From contig CAVVHS010000008.1 of NCBI GenBank assembly GCA_963748215.1, positions 96,001 through 160,000 on the forward strand: a DNA stretch of 64,000 bases. Direction: 5' to 3'. The notes beneath the pieces were generated by a model. It searched no databases, had not been told where the DNA came from, and was given only the letters and a program-made list of their open reading frames with translations. The translations under genes were made by a program, and so were the position numbers. Numbering within the stretch: position 1 is the first letter of the stretch; each line of letters opens with the position of its first letter. This document shows, piece after piece, positions 62,373 through 64,000 of the stretch. The stretch is from an uncultured Gammaproteobacteria bacterium. Lineage in GTDB: Bacteria > Pseudomonadota > Gammaproteobacteria > UBA9214.

Positions 62373-62767
62373 GATTTTCTCCAATAACTGAACAGACACA
62401 TCGATCAACCAAACCGCTGCCCCGGGCATCCCCGTGTCTGCACGAGGATAATTGGGACCCTCTACGTCACGCCAGACCATGATTCGGCATCGGGCCGGAA
62501 TTCCATTTTTTTCAACGCTGCTATTGTAGCAATTACCGGCCTGGATTTCCCCCGGTTCAGCAGTCCTCCGTCTGGGGGCCAGCATGACCCCGGACAGGGT
62601 TCGATGCGTGAGCTGCGGCACCAGAGACAGTTCAGATCATCCCGGCCGGTATCGACTGTCTGTCTGAAAATCAGGCACGACGGTGACACCTTGTGGTTTA
62701 ATCCGGGTCGGGACGCTACGAACACCGGCACCCCGCTGCACCCGATAACAGGATGGAGGAACCGGCC

Positions 62768-63070
62768 ATGCACGTCACGCTCGTTCATGTCACCGTGAAA
62801 CCCGGGCACATCGACGACTTCATCGAGGCGACGCGCCGCAACCACGAGGCCTCGGTGCAGGAACCGGGCAACCGGCGCTTCGACGTGCTGCAGTCATCCG
62901 ACGAACCGGCGCAGTTCGTACTCTACGAGGCCTATGCCAGTGCGAAGGACGCACAGGCGCACAAGCAGACGACGCACTATCTTGCCTGGCGGGACGCCGT
63001 GGCGGACTGGATGGCGGCACCGCGCCGGGGCGTATCCTACGCCGGCCTGTTCCCCCGGGCCCGGGCGTGA
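62768..63070 (+). CDS. ABM/LsrG-like protein
   Basis: VKPGHIDDFIEAT..N...S..EPGNRRFDVLQ and AHKQTTHYLAWR; GGAGGA RBS. Confidence 0.88.
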   Translation: MHVTLVHVTVKPGHIDDFIEATRRNHEASVQEPGNRRFDVLQSSDEPAQFVLYEAYASAKDAQAHKQTTHYLAWRDAVADWMAAPRRGVSYAGLFPRARA

Positions 63071-64000
63071 ACACGCCTGCCTTCTCCATCGCGCGCCTGC
63101 CGCGCATCGAATTCGGTGCCGGCGCATTCGCCCGGACGCCCGACATCGTGGCACGCTTCGGCAGCCGCGTGATGCTGGTCACCGGTTCGCATTCCTTCCC
63201 GTCCACGCCACAGTGGGGCGAACTTATCGCCACCTTCGAGGCACGCAATGTCACCTGGCACCACGTCAGCATCGACGGCGAACCTTCGCCCCGGCTGATC
63301 GATGACGTCGTGTCGGAATACCGCGACACCGGCATCGACGTAGTGCTGGGCGTGGGCGGCGGCAGCGCACTGGATGCCGCCAAGGCCATCGCCGGCCTGC
63401 TGCGCGTGCAGCGCAGCGTCATGGACTACCTCGAGGGGGTCGGGCCGGAACTGCCCTATGGCGGACCGGCCGTGCCACTGATCGCCGCGCCCACGACCGC
63501 CGGTACCGGCAGCGAAGCCACCAAGAATGCCGTGCTGAGCCTGCAGGGTCGGGACGGTTTCAAGAAATCCTTTCGCGACGATCGGCTGGTGGCCGAGTAC
63601 GCCGTGGTCGATCCCGACCTGCTGGCGAGCTGCCCGCCGCGCGTCATCGCCGCCAATGGCATGGACGCGCTGACACAGTTGCTGGAATCCTTCGTCTCGT
63701 TGCGGGCCAATGCCTTCACCGATGCGCTTGCCACCAGTGGCCTGGAGGCCGTGCGCGACGGCCTGCTGCCCTGGTACGAAAGCGGTGCCGACGACAGGCC
63801 GGTGGCACGCTCGCGCATGGCCTACGCCGCCCTGCTGTCCGGGATCACGCTGGCGCAGTGCGGGCTGGGCTCGGTACATGGCCTGGCCTCACCGCTGGGC
63901 GCGTTCTACCCGATCCCGCACGGCGTGGTCTGCGGCACGCTGGTCGCGACCTGCACCGCGGTCAACATCGATGCACTGCAGGCGCGCGCTCCGGACAGCG
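63067..64000 (+). CDS. Iron-containing alcohol dehydrogenase (3' partial; absent from the ORF track)
   Basis: GTG overlaps the upstream stop; PRIEFGAG, GEPS, GGGSALDAAKA, PTTAGTGSEAT, GMDALTQ and LGSVHGLA. Confidence 0.92.
   Translation, partial: MNTPAFSIARLPRIEFGAGAFARTPDIVARFGSRVMLVTGSHSFPSTPQWGELIATFEARNVTWHHVSIDGEPSPRLIDDVVSEYRDTGIDVVLGVGGGSALDAAKAIAGLLRVQRSVMDYLEGVGPELPYGGPAVPLIAAPTTAGTGSEATKNAVLSLQGRDGFKKSFRDDRLVAEYAVVDPDLLASCPPRVIAANGMDALTQLLESFVSLRANAFTDALATSGLEAVRDGLLPWYESGADDRPVARSRMAYAALLSGITLAQCGLGSVHGLASPLGAFYPIPHGVVCGTLVATCTAVNIDALQARAPDS

Overview
A GC-rich gammaproteobacterial chromosomal segment, judged from rsd, fabA-fabB, yhcB, yajQ and a SoxW-like protein; the host is probably a facultatively anaerobic sulfur-cycling bacterium. 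From 1 to 21 kb it is mostly housekeeping: mlaA, mazG, YcbK, rsd, a Cys-less IscR-like regulator with iscU alone, yggS, yhcB, a degenerate REC-GGDEF protein, yajQ, fabAB, queD and nadA. Next come a sucrose operon (sps-spp-fructokinase-amylosucrase), ppk2 and a MoxR/Bat operon containing a 20 x 33-bp repeat. A minus-strand cluster at 38.3-44.4 kb encodes a divergent RelA/SpoT-synthetase-fold protein, a Ub-Mut7-C RNase, archease, RtcB and PolX-PHP; a 240-bp MITE-like element sits at the rtcB/polX junction. Two sigma54-preceded FnIII lipoprotein paralogues are present. An FNR-box-preceded locus encodes a 15-heme OTR-family fusion, two YeeE/YedE halves, a GGC-tailed rhodanese-fold protein and MtrA/MtrB, followed by an internally deleted group IIC intron and a convergent cytochrome c3. 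At least ten single-base frameshifts occur without in-frame stops, which suggests long-read errors. No tRNA, rRNA or CRISPR array was seen. All calls come from reading motifs by eye; no database search was run.
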